A DNA stretch of 64,000 bases from Salpingoeca rosetta. Taxonomy: Eukaryota > Protista > Choanoflagellata. Under the pieces are notes generated by a model. That model made no database searches. It saw only the letters and a program-made list of their open reading frames with translations, and was not told the origin of the DNA. The position numbers and the translations under genes are program-made. The stretch lies in the NCBI GenBank assembly GCA_033442325.1, contig JAWQFM010000024.1, forward strand, positions 110,954 to 174,953, read 5' to 3'. Shown in pieces: positions 1-29,973 of this stretch (its first letter is position 1; the number at the start of each line of letters is the position of its first letter).

Positions 1-768
1 GGCATCAGCAACACGCTGCGTGACCTCCCTGCCCTCGATCCAGACCTGGCCCGCAACCTGCAGTTTGTCAAGACGTACGAGGGCGACGTGAGCGACCTCG
101 GGCTGTGTTTTGCTGTTGACGATGAAGTGTTTGGGCACCACGTGACCGTCCCGCTGCGGCCCGGCGGCAGCGCCATCGACGTCACCAACGACAATCGCAT
201 CCTGTACGTGCACTTGCTCGCCGACTACCGCCTCAACAAGCAGCTCGACAAGCAGAACCAGGCGTTTGCGCGCGGCCTCACGCACATGGTGCCGCGGCAC
301 TGGCTGCGGCTGTTCACGGCGCCTGAGCTGCAGCGTCTCATCTCTGGGGACAACGCCCCCCTGGACATCAACGACCTGAAGCGGAACGCGCAGTACATTG
401 GCGGCTACACGGCGAGCCACCGCATGATCAAGTGGCTGTGGGAGGTGGTGGGCCGGGACTTTTCTCGCGAGGAGCAGCAGATGTTTCTTCGCTTCGTCAC
501 CAGCAGCTCCAAGGCGCCTGTGCTCGGGTTTGCCACGCTGCAGCCGCCATTCACCGTGCGCTGCATGAACGAGGGCGACAGGGAGGAGGTGGTCACCGTT
601 GGGGGCGTTCTCGCCAACTTCTTTTCCCGCGGCACAGACACGGCGCGCCTTCCGTCTGCATCCACCTGCTTCAACCTCCTCAAGCTGCCCACGTACAAGT
701 CAAAGAAAGCCCTGCGAGAGAAGCTGCGTTATGCAATCTCCCAAGGGGCGGGGTTCGAAATGGCATGA
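1..768 (+). CDS. HECT E3 ubiquitin ligase, C-terminal part (UBE3B/UBE3C-like), 5' truncated by window
   Basis: Frame 1 open from base 1: LDPDLARNLQFVKTYEGDVSDLGLCF...FTAPELQRLISG...FLRFVTSSSKAPVLGFATLQPPF...RLPSASTCFNLLKLPTY...KLRYAISQGAGFEMA*; catalytic Cys motif and terminal GF-x signature of HECT domains. Confidence 0.93.
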   Translation, partial: GISNTLRDLPALDPDLARNLQFVKTYEGDVSDLGLCFAVDDEVFGHHVTVPLRPGGSAIDVTNDNRILYVHLLADYRLNKQLDKQNQAFARGLTHMVPRHWLRLFTAPELQRLISGDNAPLDINDLKRNAQYIGGYTASHRMIKWLWEVVGRDFSREEQQMFLRFVTSSSKAPVLGFATLQPPFTVRCMNEGDREEVVTVGGVLANFFSRGTDTARLPSASTCFNLLKLPTYKSKKALREKLRYAISQGAGFEMA

Positions 769-893
769 GGCAGGTGTATGTGTGTGTGTGTCTGTCTGGT
801 GTGTGTGTGTCTGTCTGTGTGTGTGTGTGTGTGTCTGGTGTGTGTCTGTGTGTCTGGTGTGTGTGTGTGTGTGTGTGTCTGTGTCTGTCTTCT

Positions 894-958
<65 letters not shown>

Positions 959-1369
959 CTATGTGTACGCGGGCGTGTACATATGAATGCATCCGCGCCT
1001 GAGCGCGGGTGTGTGATATAAATATTAGATCCCCCCCCCCCCCCCCCCCTTTTTTCCCCTCCGCCTCCTCTTCTCTCCTGGTTCCGGCCCCCGTATTCTA
1101 TCCTAACTGCCGTTGCACCATGGTGTTGTTTCCTTGGTTGTGTTCAACTCCCCATACAAGAATCAATCGATTCAGTCAACAAGTCAGTGTGTGGTTGTTG
1201 TTCCACCATTGCTCGCCCCCCCCCCTCACGCCTCCACCTCCAAAGCGCCGCTGCCACACGTGTAACGCCCACACATCTCGCAGATACTGCAACAACCATC
1301 ACAACAGGCATGACAACAGCCACTACAACAACATCCACGCCAAAGCTGGCGTGCCATCAGCAGGGCTTG

Positions 1370-6844
<5,475 letters not shown>

Positions 6845-7792
6845 CGCTCAAAGAGACGTTTGCTGCGCGACTGGCTTTTGTAAACAGTGTGCAGCGAGGG
6901 GCCGCGCAATGTCGTGCAACAATTCGGGGAAAGAGAGACGACCCAACCAAACAAAACAAAAAGAACCTGGGTTCAGTACAAGAAGAGGAACGAATGAGAC
7001 ACTGGGCAAAGCAACCCCCGTGGCAAAGCGGGCACCACTATCAACAATCCAAGGCCGACGTTGCCGTGGGCAGCCTTTCCAAACAAGCGAGCGAGCGAGC
7101 AAACGAGGTTGGTTGATTGGTTGGTTGGAAAGGATGGGTGGTGTGTTGCTGACTGTGTGCGTCGATTTTGCGTTCTCCTTGTTCTGGTGGCAACGACCAT
7201 TAGAGGAAGATGCCCGTCAATTTTCCATTTCCTCAACTTTCATCAGCAGCGTGAGCGGTGAGCAAAGTGGAGACGGGTGTTGCTGTGGTGGTTGTGGTGG
7301 CTGTAGTGGTTGTGGTGGTGCTGATGGAGGTGCAAACGGTACACAAAGCCGGAGACAAGGAGGACAGTGTGGGGGGCATGTTTATACGTGTGTAGATGCG
7401 GTTCCCTATTTGTGCTTTTGTGTCCTTTTTTTGTCTTTTGTGGGACGGACTTCACGTTCCTTTTTTGTTTGTGGCTGATGGTGGTGGTTCGATCGTGGTG
7501 TGGTGGCTTGCTTGCTGTTGGGACTGCTGTTTGTGTCACAGCTCCCTTGCTGTGTTGGTTGGCGTGTGTGCATGTGTGCTTGATCTTCTTATGAAAGTTA
7601 TTGTCTCACTCAAAGCTATTGTCTCACTATCACGCTCACTCTACTCCCACCCACTCACTCACTCTGTCTGTGCGCCGTACTCCTTCTGCTTACCGTGCAC
7701 CCATCGTTTGCAACACCACACTGACGGGTTGTTTAGTGTCATCTCTCCCGTGTTCTATCTTCAAAGCAAGTTAACGCAGATAACAAACAATC

Positions 7793-7988
7793 ATGGCTCC
7801 CGTCATGCGTGGTTTCGTCATTGCCAAGCTCACCAAGGACATCGCTGTTGGCGGCGTAAGTGTCATGATGTGTGTGTGTCTGTCTGTCTGTGTGTGTGTG
7901 TCTGTCTGTCTATCTGTCTGCCTGTGTCGGTGTCTCGGTGTACACTTTGCTACGAAGGACCACACACCCACTGTACTTCTCACGCACC

Positions 7989-8043
<55 letters not shown>

Positions 8044-8199
8044 CCCCTCCCCCACCCACGCTTTGCTTCATATGACAGGTTCTCGCCACCATTGGCGCCC
8101 TTGGCTGGTACAACTACGTCTACTCGTTCGAGAAGGAGTCCATGGCTCGCCTCAGGGTACGAGACACGCGTACTATTACTGCTGCTGCTGCTGTTGCAC

Positions 8200-8264
<65 letters not shown>

Positions 8265-8443
8265 GGTGTTGTCATCTGCATTTATACAGCGACAGACAAC
8301 TACGTACGCACAACCACGCACAAATGCACGCGCACACAACTATCATCTTTCACGCCCTCACTCATTGCTTCCTTGCTGTCTCCCCCCCCCCACTCACACA
8401 GGTTGACAACACCATCAAGTTCCAGGAGCAGCAGAAGCAGTAA
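7793..8443 (+). CDS. COX6C: Cytochrome c oxidase subunit 6C / Cox9-like, 60 aa, 3 exons (7793-7855, 8079-8156, 8402-8443)
   Basis: Two phase-0 GT-AG introns give MAPVMRGFVIAKLTKDIAVGGVLATIGALGWYNYVYSFEKESMARLRVDNTIKFQEQQKQ*. PxMRG start, one TM helix and size fit COX6C/Cox9. Confidence 0.75.
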
Positions 8444-8755
8444 CTGGTGATTGCACGCCTTGCCGCGCTGTTGTGTGGTTTACTTGATCTGCTTTTGTTG
8501 GCTCTTTGTGTCGCCACGTGTGCCTTGTGTTGTGCACACTCTTGCCTCCCCTCCCTCCGTCTAATCCTCGTCACCCCAACCGTGTGTCGTTCATGGTGGT
8601 CCCGTGTACTCATTGTTGTGTTTGCGTGTGTGTGCGTGTGATGGATGGTCTCCACGCACCTCACGCTTGGTCCAGTGGCTGTCTGTATTCTCTGTCTTTG
8701 TTCCAATTAAACTGGAAATAGCACCACAGCAACATGTGCGCGCGTGAAGCGGTGG

Positions 8756-8918
8756 TCACTTTGCGCGGGCAAAGAGCACCTCAAACCCGTTGAGTTGCCG
8801 CAGCCGCAGCAGCTTGGCCTCATCCTTACACGCCCGTGCAAGCGCCATCGCCCCGTTTTGCTGCAGATGGTGGTGATGGTGTGATGAAGGTAGTGATGGC
8901 AGTCGAGGTGGTGGTGAT

Positions 8919-8972
<54 letters not shown>

Positions 8973-9514
8973 CATTTGGGAGGCAGACTCGTGACGCCGT
9001 GCAGCTGTGCAGCCGTGCATGCAAGCAGCAGAGAGCTTGCAGGCAGCCGTGCATGCAAGCAGTGCAGGGCAGCATGCACACCTGGATGGGTCCCTTTTCC
9101 CTCTTGGCGACGTGTAAGAGCGCGTCCACACACGCAACAGGCGCGGCAGCAGCAACCTGCAACAACAACAACAACACCACCACCACCACCACAGCGGTGT
9201 GAGCAGCAAAGAAGCAAATGAGAGTTGAAAGCTATTTTGGAAGGAGGGTTTGGCGTTTGAAAAGCGAGAGGGGGGGGGGGGCGCTTGCGAAGATACACAA
9301 CGAGCAAGTTTATGAATCTGCACATATGTGTGCACGTGTGTGAATGGCACCTTCTCGTCAAGAAAGAGCCCGGCGAGACACAGGGCGGCGTTGCCAACAA
9401 CCTGAAGACGGTGGTGGTGAGGGGAGGTGATGACGAATGGCGATGAGTGGACGTGATGATGCAACAACACGCACACACACACACACACACTCTCTCTCTG
9501 TCTCTCTCTCTCTG

Positions 9515-9545
<31 letters not shown>

Positions 9546-11196
9546 AATACACACATACACACACATACACACACACGCACAACCTGTAACGCGTTGGTAA
9601 CGCATGGCAACAAACTCACAGCATCGCTGCTGCTCGAGAGGAGCGGTATTATCTGTTCTTCGAGTGCGCGTGTGTCTGTCATCGCCGCCGCCACATCCGC
9701 TCGCACATCTGTCGACAGCGATTTCGCCAAACACCGCACAGCATGGCCCACCGTGGCCTGACACGTGGTGGGTGGTGGTGGGTGGTAGTGGTGGTGTGCA
9801 GTTTGAGTTGTGGAATGAACATCACATGGTGTGTGCGTACACAACTCATCAGCCCTCAGACAAGCTAAGCACACACACACACACACACACATGCACGCAC
9901 ACACAGACACACAGACACAGACACACACACATGCACACACACGCACCTCGTCGTCTGCTGTCAAGAGGTCTACAAGTGTCTGGATGCCACCGCTGCGCAC
10001 CAAGGCTGCGACCAATTGCGACGACGAGCACATGCGTGCAAGCAACGCCACTGCATTGGCTGTTGTCGTGGTGTGCGCGCGCACATCTGTGTCGCCGAGG
10101 CACTTGACGCACAACAGCACGACGTCCGTGGTGGCTGTGAGCTGCTCAAATCCACTCGCATCCAACCCCATATTGGACAGCGTTGCCAGCAGTCCCGCAA
10201 CCGCGCTCCTGGTGGGATATGCGCACATACACAGGGGCGCGTGAAGTGCACGGGCACATGTGAGGGGGCGAAACACCAGTGCATCACACAGATGCAGACA
10301 CATCCAGGCACGCGAGAGTGAGAAGGGAGGACAAGGGTAGTGTGAGGGAGGTAGGAGCATGGCATGCATCGTGAATGACAACGCAGCTCAACTACAAGCG
10401 CACGCAGTTGATCAGATCCACAACAGCACGGGATGTGAGCACGCACGTGTGTTTGCACTGCTGCTGCGTGGCCACTGCTGCCGTGATGGCGCGGATGTGT
10501 GTGAAGAGGAGCGGACGGAGGCGGGCGTGGCAGCTCGCTTGCAACAGCACATGCGCACACGCCCTCGCCAGCGCCAATAATGACTGGCGGTGGTAGTGGT
10601 GGTGGTGGCAGTGGTGGCAGTGGTGGTGGTGGTGGTGGTGGTGGTGGTGAGATGAAAACAATTTGGTGGCAGCACTGATTCGAGCACATGCTCAGATGCA
10701 CAAAAGACGAACCTCGCGCACCACACGCCATCACACACTCACACACACACACACACACCATCACACACAATCACACATACACACACAATCACACACACAC
10801 CATCACACGCACACGCACCATTACACACCTGCTGTGCCTGCACGGAGGTGACGATGTGACTGATGACCGCTGCACCGCCACGCATCAGTTCCTGTCGACA
10901 TATGTCCACGCGCATGACCGCAGCCAACGCCTCAGCCGCCGCCACCGCCACTTCAGGCGCAGTGCTTTGTGATCCGGTGTCATCTTGGGTCGTGCGCCCG
11001 CTGGTGATGAGATGGGACAGGCAGGCCACCACGCTGTGGCCAACAACCTGATCCTGTGGGGATGGGGGTGGAGGTGGAGTAATGGCGTATCAAGAGCATG
11101 AGTAACCACCACTGGCATCAAGCTCTCCTGTGCTCTCACACAAGCAAACCAAACAAACAAAACAACACACAACACAACGAAACCAAAACAATGCAG

Positions 11197-11293
<97 letters not shown>

Positions 11294-12810
11294 GAAACCA
11301 ACACGTACAAAAACAAACCCCGAAACGCACGCACCGGCTTTGCGGCGTTGGATGCAATTGTCTTGAGAAGAGCGAGCGCGTCGAGTTGGAGTGCGGGCAG
11401 CATGAGCTCAGCCAGCAGTTTCACCCGTCGCATGGTATCGCCCCTCGCCCCAGCTGCGGTCGCAAAATGCTTGCAGGCACTGCACATCGTCGCGAGAAAG
11501 TGAAGGGCAGCGGCGGCGGCGCCCACCAGCGATTCCACCAGCGCCATGTGCGTCATGCACATGTGCGCCTTCTCTGCTGCGGCCATGCGTGAAATGCGTG
11601 CAAGCAAATCAACGCAGCTGCTGCGCTCGAGCACACCGGCACCACCCTGCAGCCGCACAATGTCGGTGACGGCCGTGCTCGTAATGTCGACATTGTGGCG
11701 ATGACAGTCGTCCACAACACGTGCTGCCGCTGCTGCCAGTGCCTGCAAGCACTTTGCAGCGCGCTCTGCCTCATGCTGCAGCTGTTGTACGGTGGTTGTC
11801 GGCAGCGCCGCCAACGCCTCGTCCTCCGTACACTCGTGCAACACAGACGATATCGTTGTCGGCGTCACTGGCGGCAGAGCTTGCGACGTGGCTTCCGCAC
11901 CCGCTGTCTTGTCCTCTCCTGCACCACCAGCGGAACTCCCACCTGCACGCTCTTCCGCCTTCCCCTTGTCCACATCTGCTAGCGCGTTAACGAGGCGCTG
12001 GCATGCGTCATACACCGTCGGGTGCTCCTTCTTCAGGTTTGCCGGCAACCCGCGACACGCCTGCGCCTCCCGCTCGTGCTGTTCCTTCATCTCCTCTGTC
12101 TCCTGCACGTACTTGGCCACGGCCTGGCGCTTGCTGCCCGTGAGCGCCTTCATCGCTGCCGTGAGCGACGCCAGGGCGTCCTCAAAGCGCAGCAGGCCGC
12201 GCAGTGCCAATCCTTTGCGCAGCAGCGCCTTTGGGTGCCGGTCGTGCAGCCGCAGCGCCCATTCGCAGTCGTCCAGTGCCTCCGAGTACTGCTGCAGCTT
12301 CAGGTGGGCCTGTGCGCGGTTTGTGTACAGCACAAGGCTGTCTGGGTACAGGCGCAGGGCCGTCGTGTATGCATCCACGGCACTGTCGTGTTCGCCCCGC
12401 TTGAAGTGCTCGTTGCCCTTGAGGCGGTGCTCCTCCGATGCCTCGCGGTTGTGGCGTCGCCGCTTGGCCCGCTCCTCCGCGTCCTGCGCCATCTGCTGCA
12501 TGAACGCGTTCTGTGACATGGCCGGTCCAGCGTTCACGCCACCCACGGCGCTGTCGCCTGCAGTCGTGGTGGGTGTGCTGCCGCTGCTGCTGTTGTCGTT
12601 GGTGGTGCTGTTGATACATGTGCGGTCAGCACGCACGCGCACACCATCCGCGCCATCGCTGTCCTGGGACAACTTATTGATGAGTTGACCGGCGCGGTCA
12701 TATGCCGTTGTGTCCCCTTCCTTCATGCCGAGCACAACATTGTGCACCTCATTCACGCGGCCCAAGAACTCCTCCAAGTCGGCTGGCGGTGCGTTGTTAT
12801 CATCACCCAT
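8756..12810 (-). CDS. TTC12: TPR + armadillo-repeat protein TTC12 (axonemal dynein assembly factor), multi-exon
   Basis: DLEEFLGRVNEV N-terminus, AFMQQMAQDAEERAKRRR, 3 TPRs (KGNEHFKRG...VLYTNRAQAHLKLQQYSEALDDCEWAL), ARM exons (VVGNAALCL, NGAMALARAC), C-terminal RLRQLNGFEVL; matches recalled TTC12 features. Confidence 0.85.
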
Positions 12811-12938
12811 GATGTGTCTGTGTGTCTGTGTGTGTCTGTGTGTCTGTGTCTGTGTGTGTGTGTGTGTGTGGTGCGTGCGTGTGTCTGTGTGTTTGTGTAT
12901 CTGTGTGTGTGTGTGTCTGTGTGTCTGTGTCTGTGTTT

Positions 12939-12961
12939 GTTGCCACTCAAACGCGTTGTCA
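12939..12961 (+). promoter_or_regulatory. Two RFX-type half-sites (GTTGCCA, GTTGTCA) in the TTC12/RBM17 divergent promoter
   Basis: GTTGCCA at 12939-12945 and GTTGTCA at 12955-12961, about 130-150 bp upstream of the TTC12 ATG. Confidence 0.5.
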
Positions 12962-13061
12962 GCGACGTCCGTGGTTGGTGAAAAGTTACGGAAAATACAG
13001 CAAATGTTCCCAACCTGCATTGGCACAAACAGCGCCACAACACACACCACACACCGCCAAC

Positions 13062-15392
<2,331 letters not shown>

Positions 15393-15665
15393 GAGCATGG
15401 AGGAGAAGGGCAACACGTGCTTTTGGTCAAAAATGGAGGAGGAATCTTCAACACGGCCACAGAATGCGTTTTGCATGCAGGTGTTTCAGGGGCGAGGGGA
15501 GTGGGGTTGGCCTGTCCAGCCGTTCAAATAACACAAAGAATGAAAGAAGAAGCAATCCACACCCAAACTGAAAGCAGCAATTGCACCACCACTATCACAC
15601 AAACAACAAAACACCAGATGCCATTGTCATCGCCAGACCATAACCAGCACTAATACCATCTTCAC

Positions 15666-15742
<77 letters not shown>

Positions 15743-15748
15743 CCATCA

Positions 15749-18970
<3,222 letters not shown>

Positions 18971-19455
18971 GGCGGCAGACGCGTGCGTGTGTGCCCGTGC
19001 GTGTCCGTGCGTGTCCGTGTGTCTTGGTGGATGTGGTGGGTTGAAGACACGGGTATGTGGGAGAGGGGAGGAAGAACAAAAACACCAAGCTGGAATGAAC
19101 AACAAAATGACGCGAGCAAGAAGAAGAAGAAAAACACAAACAAACCGCAGCAAGAAGTTGCAATTGAAGGGATGACCAAGGTGTTGGGTTGACAAGACAT
19201 CAACATCATGGACTGTGCACACGACTTCGCAAGCAAGGGTGTGTCTGTTGCCGTGATGTGACAACCCAGTTGCTTGGTTACATTACTTGTTTACTTGGAA
19301 CTGCTTACTTTGAGCATTCATTACCACCACCATCATTACCACCACCATCATTGCCATCACCGTTTGTACATGTGCCAGCCAACCTGACAACAACAGCATC
19401 CCCGCAACAACACCAAGCCCACTCGACAACGTCCACGCACGCCCCCTTGTGTGTC

Positions 19456-19880
19456 TCATTGGAAGGACGGGTGGAGAGGAAAGTAAGACGGCGCAGTGAC
19501 GTTGCCTGCTTGCCATCGTGTATGCACACCCGGTCCACCACCATGATCACCACCTTCAACACCACCACCAACAACATCGCCACCGCCAGTCACGCCAGCA
19601 TCGTCGCCCATGTGCGATGCACGCGCCGCCATCACGCCAGGTGGATATGTGCGCTCGTGGAAGGTGTCGAAGGTGGTGCTGAGGGCGTTCCATCTGCGGG
19701 TGCCCTGCCAGTTCCACTGCAGGTGTAGCGGTATCTCCCCAGCAAGCAGCGGGCGATCGCTGCTGTCGCCAACGGCCACCGTCCGCTCAGGCACCACCAT
19801 CTCCCGTTGCTGCAGTGTTGATTGATTGCGTTGGTTGGTTGGGGGTTGTGTGTGTGTGTGTGTGCGCGTGCGTGCGTGCG

Positions 19881-19932
<52 letters not shown>

Positions 19933-22900
19933 GTTGCATTGGATGGAAATGAGATGCAAGTGAGGCAAACATCAAAACGCACAGCGCACGCTGGAACGGT
20001 GAATTGATGAGAATCATCATCACACAAGCACACGAGCATCCACATGCAAACCCAAACGCAAACACACGCATACACGCACACACGCACACACGCAAACACA
20101 CGCACAAACACACAAGCACACACGCACACACGCACGCACGCATACATACACAAGTGCCCACCGCACCTTGTCCTGGAATGTGCTTGCGAGGTTGTCAGCA
20201 GCAACGCGGCGCATGAGCGCTGCCCGTGCCCGCGCCTCTTTCTCCTCCTCCTCGCTCAGCCACTTGAGTGGGTCACCCTGCACAAGCACACGCAATTTTA
20301 GCACAGGTGCGCGTGCGTGAGTGTATGTGGGGTGTTTGTTTGTGGCAGGGTAATGAGTGCGGTTGCGTGTATGTGTAGATGTTCAGCGGCAACAACGAGG
20401 AGACAGCTCATTTCCCACCATACACACAAACTACACATGCAGCACTGCCCTTTGTCGTCATCGCCACCACCACGTGCTGTTGCCCACAATGCCTCACCTG
20501 CTCCACGCTCTGTGCAATGAGAGCGTGCAGTTCGTGCGAAGTGCGAGGTGGAAGCCCATTCCGCTTCCGCCGGATCTTGTCCTGTCGCAAACGGTGCTCC
20601 ATCTCAAGCAGCCGCTATCGATGATGTGCATGCGTGTGTATGTATGTGTGTAAATGTATGTGTATGAATGTGTGCGTGTGTTAGTTTGGCCTCGACGCAG
20701 GTCAAAACAACAGCCCTCGACAACTCCCTTTGCCCCTCCCCCAAACCTCCCTCCCTCCGTTGCCTCCATATACCCCCCCCTTCTCTCCCTCTGTCTCTCT
20801 AAGCCCCCCCCCTTCATACACACCCTGTGGTTGTCGACAATGACGCGGTAGTCCACCCTGCCCTCTGCATCCATCCCGCACTGACACACAAACCGCTTCA
20901 CGTGCGCCGGGTTGAGCCCCTGCAGCGTGCCCTCAAACTTGTTGCACTGCAGCATCACCAGAAACACGCGCTCGTGCCTGTCGGCGGTGCGCAGGCTGCC
21001 TGCCAGCTCCAAGTAGCTGCAGATCATCTCCACGGGGAGACGGTAGTCCTCCGTGTCCTCCTTCAGCCGGGAGAACAAATCGTGCAACCGCCACCTATTT
21101 TTCGCCACAAACGCCTCAATCGCGGTCGACGCCTCCTGGAACGTCTGCCCGACACCCGAGAAGGACACGTGCCTGCGGGCGCTCATGGGCAGCGCAACGT
21201 CGTGCATGGACATCCTGTGTGGGCTGAGGTGGCTCCCAAACCGCTGCCTCTCTGGTTGCGGTTCAGGCGATCGCCCCAGCGGCGGCATCGTGCTCGCTTT
21301 GCGCTGTGGACTTACAGACACCCGCCGTGCCCCGCCCCTCGCTGCTGTCACCGCTGCTGTCGCTGCCGCTGCCCTGCCAACAGCGTTGTTGCTGTGGCTT
21401 CTCGGGCGACGGCTGCCATCGCGAAGACTCATGCTGCTTCGTGACTGCAGACTGCTGGTGCTCACACCCCCACGCCCGATGCTATCGCCAAGACCGCCAC
21501 CACTCGCCCGCTTGGTGCCACCGCCCACCGCACTCCGTCGCCGCCGCCGCTGTTGCTGCTGCTGCTGCTGTTGCTGTTCTTGCTGTTGCTGCTGCTGTTG
21601 CTGCTGCTGTTGCTGCATCATGAGTTGAAACAGCACGCGGTCCTCTGCGGGGCAGCGCTGCTTCGACAGCAGGAACTCCTGGTCCAGCGCCATGCCTTGA
21701 GATGGGACGGGGCAGGGGGAGATGGCATCGAGGAGACGTGTTGGATGGGGGTGTTATGGCGGCAGCCAGGCAGTCAGTCAGTAAGTACGTACATTGATTA
21801 AAACAAACAGGTGGGCAGGCAGTCAGTCAGTGGCGCAGGTTGGAACACACACACACACACATACTACAGACTCGTACACAGCTGCACGCACGCGCGTACA
21901 CTCGCACACACAGTATACACGCACACAGTACACACAACACACACACACACGCACAGTACCCCCCTCCCAAACACACACGCGCACACAACACGTGTGTCCG
22001 TCGTACCGGCCATGTTGGACCGCACGCCCATCCGCTCCTCAATCCACGAGCGAACAGCAGCGTCGTTTGCCTTTCCATTGGCACCAACATCACTGTCACG
22101 GGCATTGCCTGGTGCGTTCGCGTCACCATCCCCGCCAGCACTGTCACCGCCACAGCCCGCATCAACAGCATCAGCATCATCGCCAGCATGGCAGCGTAAC
22201 CGGGCCCTGCTCCGCTGCGCCCTGATGGAGGTGCTGGTGCGCTCCAATATGGCCTCCAGCTCGTCGTCCGGCGGGGGCTGTTGCTTCGCCACCTGCCGGT
22301 TGATGCGCTGCACATTCACTGCGCGAATTGCCGCCGTCTTGGCGATGAATTCGCGGGCCTGCTGCTTGGCCTTGGACTGCTGCAGATCCCGGGTGTCCCG
22401 CGCCGTGTCTGGGCGGCTTGGCGGCGAGCCAAGGTCCATGCTACCGCGCTCGTCAAACGTGTACAGGTGCTGCATGTCGTCCTGCACGGCGTGGAACGCC
22501 TCTTCCTCCTCCTCGTCGTCCGCTTGCTGCCGCTGCTGCTCTCGCGCCCGCAGCCTCGCCGTCAGACTCATCATGCCGCTCTGCGCGCTGCTGTTTGCGG
22601 TTGGCGGGTGGTGATGCAGTGGCGCCTTGTGTGAGTGGTGATGCGAGTGGTGCATGGAGGACCCGCGGCCGCGCCTGCCGTGGCCTTTCCCACCGCCGAT
22701 GGCATCCCAGGGGCTCAGGTGATGCTTTGGACCGCCGCCAGTGCTGCGCAGTGTGGAGGCTGCCGTGTCCACGGAGCTGCGCCCGCCTTGCTTTTCCTTC
22801 TCCCCAGACGATGGTCGCCTGTGCCGTCGGCGCCCGCCACTCCGTGTCCGGGCCGGGCGGGCGTCGGATTCGTCCTCGATCTTCATGCTGAAGGGGCCCG

Positions 22901-23054
22901 CAGGCATCACCGGCCCGAGCCCATGGCTCAGAGATGTTGTTGCGTATGGCGACGCGGTTGATGCGGTGGCGTGTGTTTCATGCGAGATGGCGCTGCTGAA
23001 CGTCGCCCCACTGCTGGCAGAATCACGACCCTGTGGCCGCCGACGCAAGGACAT
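19456..23054 (-). CDS. Uncharacterized multi-exon protein with a degenerate EF-hand-like pair
   Basis: GC-rich coding-like exons with GT-AG boundaries from MSLRRRPQG to ...YFPLHPSFQ*. FVAKNRWRLHDLFSRL...FVCQCGMDAEGRVDYRVIV resembles an EF-hand pair. Confidence 0.55.
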
Positions 23055-23167
23055 TGCACAAGGAGGAGGTTGTCTATCCACGCGGGTGATTCGTGTGTGT
23101 TTGGGGGGGGAGGGGCGAGGAGATTTGAGAGTGAGACACGCAGGCGATCGAGAAAGCAAAAGGCAAA

Positions 23168-23268
23168 GGAAGCAAAGGTAAGCAAGCAAGGTCAAGCAAG
23201 CAAAGGTAAGCAAGCAAGGTCAAGCAAGCAAAGGTAAGCAAGCAAAGGTAAGCAAGCAAAGGTAAGCA
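23168..23268 (+). repeat. Short tandem repeat array of (AAGC)1-2 AAAGGT / AAGGTC units
   Basis: aagcaaaggtaagcaagcaaggtc repeated with variation and without unique spacers, in a divergent intergenic region. Confidence 0.8.
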
Positions 23269-23275
23269 TGACACA

Positions 23276-23362
<87 letters not shown>

Positions 23363-23434
23363 CTTGTTGTCGCTGTTGCCAACAGCCAAATGTATCCGGC
23401 ATTTATGTAGGCCGGCCTCTTTCTATGCCGAATC

Positions 23435-29680
<6,246 letters not shown>

Positions 29681-29973
29681 TATGTGTGTGTGTGTGTGTG
29701 TGTGCGTGTGTGTGTATGTTTGTGTCTGTGTCTGTCTGTCTGCCTGTGTCTGCATGTGTGCGCGCATTTGTGAAGCTCCTCCTCTGCGTGCATGTTTGTT
29801 TGGTTGCGCTGACAACTAGTTGTGAAATGAATGGTTCCGATTTAAAGAAGAAGAAGCAAGATTGAGAAGCAAGATTGAGCAAGCCCTCAGTAATGTAACA
29901 ACTCGTTCATTCACAACACACACACACACACACAGACGCACTTTGCATCATCAGCGACTTGCAAACGCCTCGC

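Noticed and set aside
23168-23268. Regular short repeat array resembling a CRISPR array
   Set aside because: No unique spacers, units too short, no cas genes, eukaryotic context
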